DNA of 64,000 nucleotides from Candidatus Tayloriibacteriota bacterium (GCA_943350765.1 CALRAJ010000001.1:191066-255065); one strand, 5' to 3'. Counted from the stretch's first letter, positions 10,141 to 19,836 are shown. Notes: a model not told the origin generated them from the sequence alone. Numbers and translations: made by a program.

Positions 10141-10300
10141 ACCCAAACAAGCCGTAAAGGCTCGAGGAGTGGAGACGACGAAGATACAGGAGCCACATAT
10201 CGGTGGCGGGAGTACTGAGCTCAGTAGAGCGAATGTGACGGGCTAGCAAGACGCGTTACAAGCACGGTACACCGTTGAGCCTTTCCGCCAAACCACGCCC
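10141..10300. repeat. Dispersed intergenic repeat, family 1 copy A
   Basis: GAAGATACAGGAGCCACATATCGGTGGCGGGAGTACTGAGCTCAGTAGAGCGAATGTGACGG...GTTACAAGCACGG..GTTGAGCC. Near-identical copies lie at 54815-54945 (same orientation) and 27236-27350 (inverted). Related units lie at 20560-20720 and 51285-51425. Confidence 0.7.
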
Positions 10301-10310
10301 CTACTCAGGC

Positions 10311-10616
10311 TTACTTCCCTCTTTTTTCGTAGTATACATATGTACCAAAATCACCAATCTGCTTGATCAGCTTTTCCTGCTCCAGCTCCTCTAGATACCT
10401 CGTCGCAGTCGCATCTGACACCCCGCAGAGCTTTTGCACATCATCATTTTTCACCCGCCCATCCGCCACCAAATCAAAATACTCCAAAATCTTCCTCTTC
10501 TGCTCCGCTTTCTCCCCCGCCTGCCTCGCTATCAAACTTCCCACTCCATATTTCATCCTCCATATCAAAAGACCCACCACCAGCAGCACCAAGACTAAAA
10601 TTAAAATTGTGTTCAT
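10311..10616 (-). CDS. Small membrane-anchored helix-turn-helix protein
   Basis: N-terminal TM helix (ILILVLVLLVVGLLIW) and a C-terminal winged-HTH-like segment (VQKLCGVSDATATRYLEELEQEKLIKQIG). Confidence 0.45.
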   Translation of the reverse strand: MNTILILVLVLLVVGLLIWRMKYGVGSLIARQAGEKAEQKRKILEYFDLVADGRVKNDDVQKLCGVSDATATRYLEELEQEKLIKQIGDFGTYVYYEKRGK

Positions 10617-10649
10617 AGGGTTAGTATAACATTTTTATGGTTGTTCTAG

Positions 10650-10844
10650 CTACAAATCAAATACCTCCTCAATAGAACCCCTAATCGAATCGCGTATATC
10701 CTTTGCCAGCATTTCATCATATTCAACCATAGATAAGACTGACTGAACCTGCTCAACTAATAAACTTTTTACTCCAATATCTTTAGCCACCTCCCTAACC
10801 TCGTCTTCGGTTATTGTGAATCTTATAGATTTTATTTTTTCCAT
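10650..10844 (-). CDS. Small hypothetical protein (64 aa)
   Basis: Compact acidic ORF between the HTH protein and the DpnI-like gene. No motif recognised. Confidence 0.3.
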   Translation of the reverse strand: MEKIKSIRFTITEDEVREVAKDIGVKSLLVEQVQSVLSMVEYDEMLAKDIRDSIRGSIEEVFDL

Positions 10845-10878
10845 ACCTGATCTTTGATCGAATCAGAAAGAAAGTCAA

Positions 10879-11643
10879 TTAGGATAGTTGATAAGTCCCA
10901 TTTCCGGTAAAAGTAAGGTAGTTCCTATCACGAAGAAACTGTAGTTGCTGGCGAATTTTATCTTTAATATGCTTGTTTTCTGGATGAATCTTCTGAAGCT
11001 CAGATTCAAATTCATACACATCAGCCAGAATAAATTCTTTTTTATTTATCGCATCAATACAATTCATAATATCCAAAATCCAACCCTTTGCATCGGCTTT
11101 TGTAACTTTCTTGAGAAATACAGTCTTTTGCCACTTATCTAATACTTCTTTTTTGTCTATCTCCCTACCGTCTTCCACATAAAAGATTTGCCCCGCTTTA
11201 GGAATTTTTGAAAAGAGAATGTTTGAACCCACCCAGCCCGCCCTTCGGGCAGTTTTTTTTAAAGGATTTCTTTTCTCGATAATTTCAGAAATGAAAAAGT
11301 GCTTCGGCACCACAAAGAAATCATTCACAGACAAAGATTCCGAGTATCCCATGAAAAAAAAGTTCGGTTTAGTCTTAGAGTTTATTCTTTCAATCATTTT
11401 AGAATACGCTCCGGCAGGCACAGTCTTTCCAATCTTTCCTTTCTTCGACTTTAGCTCAAAATCTTCACTGCACTTTTTGCAATAAAAATCTGCAACTGGT
11501 TTATTATTCGTATAGTTATAAATCTGGTCTCCACAACCTGGGCAAAAAATAAAACTCTCTACCCATACCTCAGTCATCACACGAATCTTTTGTGATTGGC
11601 TTGTATAGTTATTTGCAAGTTGTGTGTCGAATGATGATTCCAT
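10879..11643 (-). CDS. DpnI / Dam-replacing-protein (DRP) family methyl-directed type IIM restriction endonuclease-like protein
   Basis: N-terminal ...YTSQSQKIRVMTEVWVESFIFCPGCGDQIYNYTNNKPVADFYCKKCSEDFELKSKKGK... resembles the DpnI/DRP N-terminal region (SQK-R-TE-WV, CPxCG, ADFYC-xC-E-FELKSKKG). The C-terminal region is compatible with a winged-helix domain. Recognition is from memory of the family. Confidence 0.55.
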   Translation of the reverse strand: MESSFDTQLANNYTSQSQKIRVMTEVWVESFIFCPGCGDQIYNYTNNKPVADFYCKKCSEDFELKSKKGKIGKTVPAGAYSKMIERINSKTKPNFFFMGYSESLSVNDFFVVPKHFFISEIIEKRNPLKKTARRAGWVGSNILFSKIPKAGQIFYVEDGREIDKKEVLDKWQKTVFLKKVTKADAKGWILDIMNCIDAINKKEFILADVYEFESELQKIHPENKHIKDKIRQQLQFLRDRNYLTFTGNGTYQLS

Positions 11644-11674
11644 TTTTTTATTTTATTTGGGTAAAAACTTTGAT

Positions 11675-12808
11675 TTATTCATTCGTAAAAAGCTCCAAGT
11701 ACTTTTTGTACTCAAAATCACGACCGTAGGTAGTAAGTCGGTCACGCTGTACAAGAATGCCGATACGCACAAGCTCGCTCACCAATGTATTTGCAGCAGG
11801 ACGAGAAAGTCCTGTCCACTCTTCCACCTTTCGCACATTCACAATAGGAAGTTTATATAACCCCCGAAGCACAGTGAGACCATTTTTTGCTCGACTACTG
11901 CCAAGAGCCATGACTTTGGCCATATCTTTTTCTCTGAGAGCAGTAATGGCACGAGATGTTACCACCGCTTGATCAGCGACAGTTGCAACTCCTTCCAAAA
12001 AGAAATTAATCCATGGAATAATTTCGCCTTTATTATGGTACCCTTCGAGCAAATCGAAGTATGCCTCACGATTCCTTCTAAAGAAAGCGGAAAGATATAG
12101 AACCGGTCGTTCCAAAATCCCTTGTTGACAGAGATAGAAGGTAACGAGCAACCGTCCGACTCGCCCATTACCATCAAGAAAGGGGTGAATAGTTTCAAAT
12201 TGAGCATGCATAAGAGCTGTTTTAATTAATGGTGGTATATCAATATCAGCATGCAAAAACTTTTCAAAATCGTCGAGGGTACGATTCATTTCATGTACTG
12301 GCGGAGGAACAAACCGAGCTGTCGCAGGAGAACCTCCACCAATCCAATTTTGGGTACGGCGAAATTCACCAGGAGTCTTCCCTAGTGCATCACCAGTACC
12401 CTCTAATAATGTTTTGTGCACTTCCTGAATAAGTCTAAGTGAAAGTGGTAATGATTCCAGTCGACGCAGACCTTGGTTCATTGCATCTATATAATGTAAA
12501 ATTCGGTCGACATCTTTCGGTAAATCTTTTGTGATTTCAATCTCCGCACGAATAGCATCACTCATAGTTGCTTGTGTACCCTCAATCTCACTCGAAAGTG
12601 CCGCTTCTTTGCGGGCATACATAAATATAAACAAATCTAGATCGGGAAGTAGCTGAGTAATTCCATCAAGCTTACCCACAGATAAAGCTGCTCGAGCATG
12701 AAGCATATGAGTAAGTTTCAAGAAAATAGGCATTTCCACAAATGGAAACGGTCCGGGGATAAAAGCTTTGTAGCCTTGGGGTTGTTGTATAAATTGACCT
12801 ATTTTCAT
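11675..12808 (-). CDS. Fic/Doc (Fido) family protein with a C-terminal winged HTH
   Basis: Canonical Fic motif HPFLDGNGRVGR. The N-terminal inhibitory motif SSEIEG ([ST]xxxE[GN]) is typical of class II Fic. The C-terminal region is wHTH-like. Confidence 0.8.
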   Translation of the reverse strand: MKIGQFIQQPQGYKAFIPGPFPFVEMPIFLKLTHMLHARAALSVGKLDGITQLLPDLDLFIFMYARKEAALSSEIEGTQATMSDAIRAEIEITKDLPKDVDRILHYIDAMNQGLRRLESLPLSLRLIQEVHKTLLEGTGDALGKTPGEFRRTQNWIGGGSPATARFVPPPVHEMNRTLDDFEKFLHADIDIPPLIKTALMHAQFETIHPFLDGNGRVGRLLVTFYLCQQGILERPVLYLSAFFRRNREAYFDLLEGYHNKGEIIPWINFFLEGVATVADQAVVTSRAITALREKDMAKVMALGSSRAKNGLTVLRGLYKLPIVNVRKVEEWTGLSRPAANTLVSELVRIGILVQRDRLTTYGRDFEYKKYLELFTNE

Positions 12809-12878
12809 ATCTTTACATCATCTATGTAGATGTAAAGATATTAGCATAATACTTAACATCACACAAGGAGATGTAAAG
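12809..12878. promoter_or_regulatory. Palindromic operator-like site at the Fic start (TCTTTACATC..GATGTAAAGA plus a third GATGTAAAG half-site)
   Basis: A 10-bp inverted repeat lies immediately upstream of the Fic ATG (12808). An extra direct half-site lies about 35 nt further upstream. Confidence 0.4.
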
Positions 12879-13061
12879 CCTAACTTGTGGATAAGACATG
12901 GTTTGCCAGCAGTGCATGTATATACCCTTTATTTAAGCCATATTTTGGTCTAAAGGCTCAACGGTACCCGTTGAGCCTTTGAAGCTATAAACGCTCTAAA
13001 AATAGCGAAATTGCTTTGCCAGACATTATGCTATAATAATCGCACCTATAAAAATACAAAT

Positions 13062-14057
13062 ATGTTCAACAAACCTTTTGATTTTGTGGCGGTGGGAGAT
13101 ATTACGACCGATGCATTTATAAAAATAAAAGACGCACATCTGACTTGTGCTATCAACAACACTAAATGCGAAATCTGCCTGAAATTTGCCGACAAAGTAC
13201 CATTTGAGTCTGTTACCGAAGTCAAAGCTGTCGGTAACAGTGCCAATGCTTCCGTATGTGCCTCACGACTCGGTATTAGTTCAGCCCTAGTCAGTGATAT
13301 AGGGCAAGATGAAAATGGTAAAAATTGTCTCACTGAGCTTTCAAAAAATAAAGTCTCGACAAAATACATTTCGACTCATCGAAACATGGCCACCAACTAT
13401 CATTATGTCCTCTGGTACCAAGATGAGCGGACTATCCTAGTCAACCACAAAGAGTATCCATACAGTCTACCGAAAATAGTGACACCAAAGTGGGTATACC
13501 TGAGCTCACTCGCTTCAAACTCCCTCGACTACCATCTCGAAATCATAGCCTTTCTCAAAACACATCCAGAGACCAAGCTCGCCTTTCAGCCCGGGACTTT
13601 CCAGATGAAACTTGGCAAAGAAAAGCTTGCCGAGCTCTATGCCCTGTCAGAAGTATTTGTTTGTAATGTAGAAGAATCACAACGCATCCTAGGGACATCA
13701 GAAACCAATATCAAAAATCTACTCTCCAGCATGCGTGCCATCGGCCCGAAAATAGTACTCATTACCGATGGCCCAAAAGGTGCCTACATGGACGACGGCA
13801 CGACGCAGTACTTTATGCCCATCTACCCAGACCCAAAACCACCTTTTGAGAGGACTGGCTGTGGCGATGCCTTTGCCTCGACTTTTGTCACTGCCCTCGC
13901 ACTCGGCAAGACCCCTCTCGAGGCACTGATGTGGGCACCGATAAATCCGATGTCTGTAGTACAATATGTAGGTGCTCAGGAAGGGCTTCTCGATAGGATA
14001 ATACTAGAAAAGCTCCTCGCCGAAGCACCAGCCGATTACAAACCGAAAGTTATTTAA
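13062..14057 (+). CDS. PfkB-family carbohydrate kinase (ribokinase-like)
   Basis: N-terminal FDFVAVGDITTD and the C-terminal GCGDAFASTF PfkB signature. The start was set at MFNKPFDF. Confidence 0.75.
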   Translation: MFNKPFDFVAVGDITTDAFIKIKDAHLTCAINNTKCEICLKFADKVPFESVTEVKAVGNSANASVCASRLGISSALVSDIGQDENGKNCLTELSKNKVSTKYISTHRNMATNYHYVLWYQDERTILVNHKEYPYSLPKIVTPKWVYLSSLASNSLDYHLEIIAFLKTHPETKLAFQPGTFQMKLGKEKLAELYALSEVFVCNVEESQRILGTSETNIKNLLSSMRAIGPKIVLITDGPKGAYMDDGTTQYFMPIYPDPKPPFERTGCGDAFASTFVTALALGKTPLEALMWAPINPMSVVQYVGAQEGLLDRIILEKLLAEAPADYKPKVI

Positions 14058-14087
14058 ATCTAGTGTGCTTACAAAAATCGTTGAAGG

Positions 14088-14212
14088 TGTATGTTTCTAA
14101 GGGGGTTCGCAAGCGCGACGGCGGGAGATTTCAGGAAAAAATTAGCAAATTTTTATCCGTACCCCGTCTACAGGTGCCTATCCCTAAACCATAGGCCTTA
14201 GAAACATATACC
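14088..14212. repeat. MITE-like modular repeat, family 2 copy (inverted relative to 6461-6610)
   Basis: Terminal inverted repeats ATGTTTCTAAGG / CCTTAGAAACAT enclose GGGGGTTCGCAAGCGCGACGGCGGGAGATTTCAGGAAAAAATTAGCAAATTTTTATCCGTA. This segment is nearly identical to the reverse complement of 6511-6570. Confidence 0.6.
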
Positions 14213-14244
14213 GAGAAAGATTTTTGTATCCCCATATAAAAACC

Positions 14245-15765
14245 ATGCAGAACCTACAGAAAAAAACCACCATACTCATAATTCTCGATGGCTGGGGCTA
14301 TCGTGAGGACAAAACTCACAATGCTATCGCACAGGCTAAAACTCCCATCTTTGATTCTCTCTGGAAAAAATATCCGCATGCCCTTCTCGAAGCCTCTGGT
14401 CTCCATGTCGGTCTTCCCCATGGGCAGATGGGTAATAGTGAAATAGGTCATACCACTATCGGTGCAGGCAAAGTGATAGATACTGACCTCGTGCGCATTG
14501 CAAAGGCTATCGAAAACAATGAGTTCAAGGATAATCCAGCTTTTAAGAAGCTTTTTACCCATGTCAATAAACACAGCTCGACTCTCCATATAAAAGGTCT
14601 ACTCTCGGACGGCGGTGTACACAGCCACCACGACCATCTCCATGCCTTTTTAAAAACTGCAAAAGAAGCGGGTGTAAATAAAATAGCTATTCATGTTTTT
14701 ACTGATGGTAGAGACACTGCTCCACAGAGTGCAAAAGGATATTTACAGAAACTTGAAAAAAGCATCGAGGATCTAGGTATTGGTTTTATCGCCACCGCTT
14801 CGGGAAGATTTTATGCCATGGATAGAGATAACAACTGGGACAGACTAGCCAAGGCAGAGGAAGTATTTTTTCATGGCAAAGGTCAGTCGCATAAAAACAT
14901 AAAACCCTCAGAAGTCATGAGCGAGCTTTACACAAAAGGGGTACTGGACGAACACCTCGAGCCTATTATTTTTCTCGATGAAAATGGTAAAAGCTATACT
15001 GTAGAGAAAAATGATGGCGTGTTTTTCTATAATTTCCGCTCAGATAGAGCGCGAATGCTTTCTAGTAAAATAGCCGAGAGAAAAAATCGTGATAATCTGT
15101 GCTTTGTAACCATGACAGAATACGAAAAATCCCTGCCGGCCGAGATTGCCTTTCCTATTATCGAAATCGAGACTACACTCGCAAAGGAAATCTCCAGTGC
15201 GGGCCTAACGCAGGCCCATATTGCTGAAACTGAAAAGTTCCCTCATGCAACTTATTTTTTAAACGGTGGTAAACAAGATCCCTACCCAGGTGAAGAACAT
15301 ATCATGCTCGCAAGTAGAAAGGACATTAAAACACACGACCTTGCCCCAAAAATGCGTGCTGAGGCTATAGCAGACAAGGCCATCGAACAAATCGAGAAAA
15401 GTACTGACTTTATTTTTATTAACTTTGCCAATCCAGATATGGTGGGACATACAGCCAATGTGCCTGCCATCATAGAAGCCATCGAGGAGGTGGATACCCA
15501 GCTCGGTCGAGTTATCTCAGTACTCGAGAAAAATAGTGGTGTAGCCTTTATCACCGCGGACCATGGTAATGCTGAAGTAAATATTGACCCCAGCACTGGA
15601 GAAAAACACACCTCGCATACAATTAATCCCGTACCTGCCATACTTACTGATATCAAAATACACAAACTTTCAAATGGAAGCCTTGTGGACATCACACCCA
15701 CCATTCTAAAACTCATGGCAATCCCCCAACCCATATCCATGACAGGTAAAACCTTGGTAGTATAA
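14245..15765 (+). CDS. gpmI: 2,3-bisphosphoglycerate-independent phosphoglycerate mutase
   Basis: TTILIILDGWGYRE...NAI..A.TP..D.L...YP...L.ASG..VGLP.GQMGNSEVGH matches the iPGM N-terminal motifs. Length is about 506 aa. Confidence 0.85.
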   Translation: MQNLQKKTTILIILDGWGYREDKTHNAIAQAKTPIFDSLWKKYPHALLEASGLHVGLPHGQMGNSEIGHTTIGAGKVIDTDLVRIAKAIENNEFKDNPAFKKLFTHVNKHSSTLHIKGLLSDGGVHSHHDHLHAFLKTAKEAGVNKIAIHVFTDGRDTAPQSAKGYLQKLEKSIEDLGIGFIATASGRFYAMDRDNNWDRLAKAEEVFFHGKGQSHKNIKPSEVMSELYTKGVLDEHLEPIIFLDENGKSYTVEKNDGVFFYNFRSDRARMLSSKIAERKNRDNLCFVTMTEYEKSLPAEIAFPIIEIETTLAKEISSAGLTQAHIAETEKFPHATYFLNGGKQDPYPGEEHIMLASRKDIKTHDLAPKMRAEAIADKAIEQIEKSTDFIFINFANPDMVGHTANVPAIIEAIEEVDTQLGRVISVLEKNSGVAFITADHGNAEVNIDPSTGEKHTSHTINPVPAILTDIKIHKLSNGSLVDITPTILKLMAIPQPISMTGKTLVV

Positions 15766-15770
15766 AACAG

Positions 15771-16784
15771 ATGAATACTGACAAAAAACATCCTTCCCAG
15801 ATTTTAACACTACTTCTCGTGGTTATGGTGGCGAGTGTATTTTTTTACACTGAAAGAAATCACATAGACAAAGAATCGTCTCTAGCAAGCTCACTCAGCT
15901 CACAACAAGAGATGCTCGAAAAGTATCATGTTGAAATCAACAAATTAAAACTTGAAGCGGAGAAACAAACAAAAAAGATAGCAGAGGTTGAAAACACCTC
16001 CTCAGAAAATAACCAGGTAATAAATAAAACTATCAAAAAGGCTGAGTTAGAAAATAAAATTATTGAAAATAAAGCAACTCAAAAAATATCTGCCCTAGAG
16101 GCAAAACTGGCAAACAGTCCAAAAGATTTAATCCGTATTATAGGAGAGTGGAAGCCACGGGTTGCAAAAATATCCTGTATCTGGAAGGACACTTCTGGTA
16201 AAACATACGCTACTGGTGGTGGCTCTGGATTTATTTTTAAAGAAAATACAGAATCCGTCGAACACACATGGGTTTTGACAAATAAACATGTATTTCTTGA
16301 TAATAATAAATACACACCCTACACCTGTACCATCAAACTGCCTGAGCTAGAGAGTGGACTGGAAATAGATTTTAAATCAGGTAATTATCATATAATTGAA
16401 CCACTTGATATCGGCCTCATAGAAGTAATCAATCCTGATACATACATAAAATCATTGACTACCGTAAAAAAGACATTTACTGAAGTATTTTGCCAGTACA
16501 AAGCCTCACTCGGTGAGAAAATCGCAATACTCGGCTACCCTACTATCGGTACAATTGGCGACATCACAGCTACTGAAGGGATCATTTCGGGTTATGATGG
16601 TGACTTCTATATTACCTCTGCAAAGATTGAGCGTGGTAACTCTGGTGGCATAGCCCTATCAATAGAAAAAAACTGTATCCTCGGTATTCCAACCTTTGCT
16701 AAAAAAGGCGAGATTGAAACCTTAGGTAGAATACTTACAACTCAAGCTATTTTTAAGGCTTGGAATGTACAACTGGGTCAATAA
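15771..16784 (+). CDS. Membrane-anchored trypsin-like serine protease (S1 family, no PDZ domain evident)
   Basis: N-terminal TM helix and a coiled-coil segment. The catalytic triad context is TNKHVF (His), an Asp region and GNSGG (Ser). Confidence 0.6.
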   Translation: MNTDKKHPSQILTLLLVVMVASVFFYTERNHIDKESSLASSLSSQQEMLEKYHVEINKLKLEAEKQTKKIAEVENTSSENNQVINKTIKKAELENKIIENKATQKISALEAKLANSPKDLIRIIGEWKPRVAKISCIWKDTSGKTYATGGGSGFIFKENTESVEHTWVLTNKHVFLDNNKYTPYTCTIKLPELESGLEIDFKSGNYHIIEPLDIGLIEVINPDTYIKSLTTVKKTFTEVFCQYKASLGEKIAILGYPTIGTIGDITATEGIISGYDGDFYITSAKIERGNSGGIALSIEKNCILGIPTFAKKGEIETLGRILTTQAIFKAWNVQLGQ

Positions 16785-16837
16785 TTTCTGTAATACTGTA
16801 TAAAAATGGTGTAGATAATATGGCAGTTTCTGAACAT

Positions 16838-18109
16838 TTACACCCCCATATCTTTTTCCCCATGTATTGCGACACCGACAAATTTAAAGAAAAGTATTAG
16901 AGAAGTAAGCCAAAAAGCTCCGAGCGCAAACCCAGCTATCACATCAGAGACCCAGTGCACATTGAGATACACTCGACTAAAACCAACAAGTAGAAAAAGT
17001 AAAAGGCTTGATATACCAAAAACCTCACGACTGATCCTGTTTTGTATTCTACTACCAAAAACATATATTAATGAACAGAAAAAGATAACCGCGAGTGTAG
17101 CATGACCACTCGGAAAACTAAACCCAGTCTCAAGTACTACCGAATTTTCTGGCCTAGCTCGCTCGACGAACTGCTTTAGTAAGGCTTGAAAAAATGCTCC
17201 CCCCAAAAGACCAAAGGATAGAACTAGTGCATGATGAATTCTTTTTTTCCACATCAAAAAACAGGCTATCACAAGACTTACTATAATGAGATTGACTGGA
17301 CTAAAAAGATTTGTAAAGCTTGTAAAAAAATTCACTCCGAGGATGCTTTGGATATCGAACATCCGTAGATTGACCCATACATCAAGCTGTGCCAAAGATG
17401 ATTCCTTACTGAATACATCCTGCATTGTTTTAAAAAATATATAAAGTGAAGTGATGTTTACAACAAGAGTATAAAAATGATATTTTGCAAAAACATGACT
17501 CTGCTTATTTGCAAAACGGTAACCCCAGATAATCAAAAGACTCAAGATCACAGCAATACCTAAAAATTTACCTATATACTGTGCAGCTATTTCGTAACTA
17601 GCACCAAAAATATATCCAATGAGCACTGAGGACACTGACCATAAAATACCCCCAGCAATGTTATATAGCCAAAATTTATGTACATGAACATCCCCCGCTC
17701 CAGCCAAGAAGGGGGCGAACGCACGGGTTATAGGACTAAATCTGCCAATGACAAGTGCCTTGCCTGTATGCTGATTCATCTTGTCTTTAACTTTTTGAAA
17801 ATATGTATCAGTAACAAAAAAATATTTACCAAATCTGCCAATAAGTCCGTCACCATACTTTTTACCCAAAAAATAACCCACCACATCTCCGATAATAGCC
17901 CCGAGAGATACCAGTATCAAAACTGGCCAAATATTTAGTGTTCCGAGACGCACTAAAAATCCACTCAAAATCACCAATGAGTGTCCTGGTATAAATGTTC
18001 CGACAAGTGGGAGAGCTTCAACTACAGCCACTAAAAATAGTACGATATATGCTCCATACCCCAGCGTGTCGAGTGGAATACTATTTATCAGTGAGTGTAG
18101 GTTAAACAT
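16838..18109 (-). CDS. DedA/VTT-domain and PAP2 (type 2 phosphatidic acid / undecaprenyl-PP phosphatase) fusion membrane protein
   Basis: The N-terminal half looks like DedA (…ALPLVGTFIPGHSLVILSGFL…RFSPITRAFAPFLAGAG). The C-terminal half carries the PAP2 motifs PSGHAT and SRVYLNVHWVSDV. Confidence 0.65.
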   Translation of the reverse strand: MFNLHSLINSIPLDTLGYGAYIVLFLVAVVEALPLVGTFIPGHSLVILSGFLVRLGTLNIWPVLILVSLGAIIGDVVGYFLGKKYGDGLIGRFGKYFFVTDTYFQKVKDKMNQHTGKALVIGRFSPITRAFAPFLAGAGDVHVHKFWLYNIAGGILWSVSSVLIGYIFGASYEIAAQYIGKFLGIAVILSLLIIWGYRFANKQSHVFAKYHFYTLVVNITSLYIFFKTMQDVFSKESSLAQLDVWVNLRMFDIQSILGVNFFTSFTNLFSPVNLIIVSLVIACFLMWKKRIHHALVLSFGLLGGAFFQALLKQFVERARPENSVVLETGFSFPSGHATLAVIFFCSLIYVFGSRIQNRISREVFGISSLLLFLLVGFSRVYLNVHWVSDVIAGFALGAFWLTSLILFFKFVGVAIHGEKDMGV

Positions 18110-18123
18110 CTAAAGTTTTAACC

Positions 18124-18879
18124 TTATTTAAGAGCAAATGACGCCTTTACCGTAAGCATGATATCCTTTTCGATCTTTGACATGTCGTATGACCCATAAT
18201 CATTTATTTCGTTTGAATTTTTACTCAACACCTGCACTACGCCACTCGAAGCAGACCTAAGTGAGCCGATACGCTTGCCACCACTTTCGGCTATTTTTGA
18301 AGCTCGAGCCTGTGCGTCCTGTATTGCACTTCCGAGGAGTGATACTCTGAGCTCACTAAGTTTTGAATATGAGTATTCGATACCTGTGGTTGAAAATATT
18401 ACACCTTTTTCAATGAGTTCCTGAGTGTTTTTTGCCACATTAGTAACTCGAGTAACATCTTTTGAATTAATCTCTACATTTTGTCGCAATACATACTCTT
18501 TGTCCGTCCCAGATGATGTAGCTGGATTATAATCATATACTTGATCCATAAAAACTGGTGAGATATCTATCTCGTCGGCTTTGATACCCTTTGCTGTTAA
18601 GAAGTTTTTTACTTGGACTAGGTCACTGTCTATCTTTGAATAACCCGACTTCAAAGCACTGAGTTTTGTGGTTCTGTTAAAAACAGCCGTCCATTTTACA
18701 GTATCTGATACTACTGCCGTACGCACCGAGCCAGTTACCGAAAGCTCATCCCAAAGTGAGCGAGTTTGGTAAAAGGTATAGGAAGCAATAATAGTACTGA
18801 GGATTATTGCCGTACCGAGCAGAAGCCCTGGATTTCGAGCAATAAAATTATTTTGTTTTTTTGAAGTGTCAATAGCCAT
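18124..18879 (-). CDS. SIMPL-domain (DUF541) protein, membrane-anchored
   Basis: N-terminal TM helix and a C-terminal pattern (…LRVSLLGSAIQDAQARASKIAESGGKRIGSLRSA…) typical of SIMPL/DUF541 proteins. Confidence 0.5.
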   Translation of the reverse strand: MAIDTSKKQNNFIARNPGLLLGTAIILSTIIASYTFYQTRSLWDELSVTGSVRTAVVSDTVKWTAVFNRTTKLSALKSGYSKIDSDLVQVKNFLTAKGIKADEIDISPVFMDQVYDYNPATSSGTDKEYVLRQNVEINSKDVTRVTNVAKNTQELIEKGVIFSTTGIEYSYSKLSELRVSLLGSAIQDAQARASKIAESGGKRIGSLRSASSGVVQVLSKNSNEINDYGSYDMSKIEKDIMLTVKASFALK

Positions 18880-18990
18880 ATATTTTTATTATATTAACTA
18901 ATAATTGAACTACCTATCGCCCGCCACACACTCTTTTTCAAGAAATCAACCACAACCCTAGTATACCTCTAAAACAGGATTCGGTCTACC

Positions 18991-19836
18991 TCACCCGAGC
19001 ATATACAAATCCTGATTATACTCCCCGACCCCTATATACTCCGCCTCACCTTTAATGATTTTTTCAAATGGTTTACAGGCAAAACAACCGCCCTTACCCC
19101 TAGGACACTCATAAACCACAGATTCCCTAGCTGTCTTTACCTGCCTAGCAACTTCTATTACTTTTTTGTAGGATTCTTCGACAGAAGGTAGCTCGACAGC
19201 TATAGGTGCGTCATCCTTGTCCAAATACCAGTAGTAGGCACCTGTTACTTTTCTTTTCTGTAATTTATTCAAAAGTAGCTGGTAAATAGGTAGCTGGAGC
19301 GACTCGCCACTCTCCTCATTTTTACCAGTCTTAAAATCGAGTACTCGGATACTATCATCCTCTGGGACATACTCAAGCCAATCTATCTTTCCACAAAGAA
19401 TAATATTTTCTTCTTCCGATAGAAAAAAATTGGGTGGCATGTCATTATCACCGCCTTTTAATTTTAAAGCTTTATTTAAAAGTGGTCCAGGATTTCTCAA
19501 GACTCGCAAAATCATCTCCTTGCCACGATTTTTTGCCTCTAGCTCGTCAGTTTCGTTTTTAAAGCCACCAGCCTTGCCTCTGACTTTTTGCCAAGCCTTT
19601 TCATACAGCTCTAAAAGTGGCTGTTTGAATCTTTCCTCAGCTTTAAAATTTGCAAGGCCTTCTACAACCTCATGTACTGATACCCCGAGAGCTAGTGGTG
19701 GGCTAACGATATTTATTTTTCTTTTTGTTTTTGGATCCTTATATACATTATGCAAAAAATAGGCACGGGGACATTTGATAAAATCCCCCATTGATGAGTG
19801 CGACACCCACACAGCTTTATATTTGTCTTGAGCCAT
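18991..19836 (-). CDS. PD-(D/E)XK nuclease with a four-cysteine cluster (Cas4 / RecB-nuclease-like), standalone
   Basis: Motifs GKIDWLE (Asp), VLDFKTGK (D-x-K), QLPIYQLL (QxxxY), an N-terminal Cys (FIKCPRAY) and three C-terminal Cys (CPRGKGGCFAC), consistent with the Fe-S cluster of Cas4/AddB. No cas genes or CRISPR array are nearby. Confidence 0.55.
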   Translation of the reverse strand: MAQDKYKAVWVSHSSMGDFIKCPRAYFLHNVYKDPKTKRKINIVSPPLALGVSVHEVVEGLANFKAEERFKQPLLELYEKAWQKVRGKAGGFKNETDELEAKNRGKEMILRVLRNPGPLLNKALKLKGGDNDMPPNFFLSEEENIILCGKIDWLEYVPEDDSIRVLDFKTGKNEESGESLQLPIYQLLLNKLQKRKVTGAYYWYLDKDDAPIAVELPSVEESYKKVIEVARQVKTARESVVYECPRGKGGCFACKPFEKIIKGEAEYIGVGEYNQDLYMLG

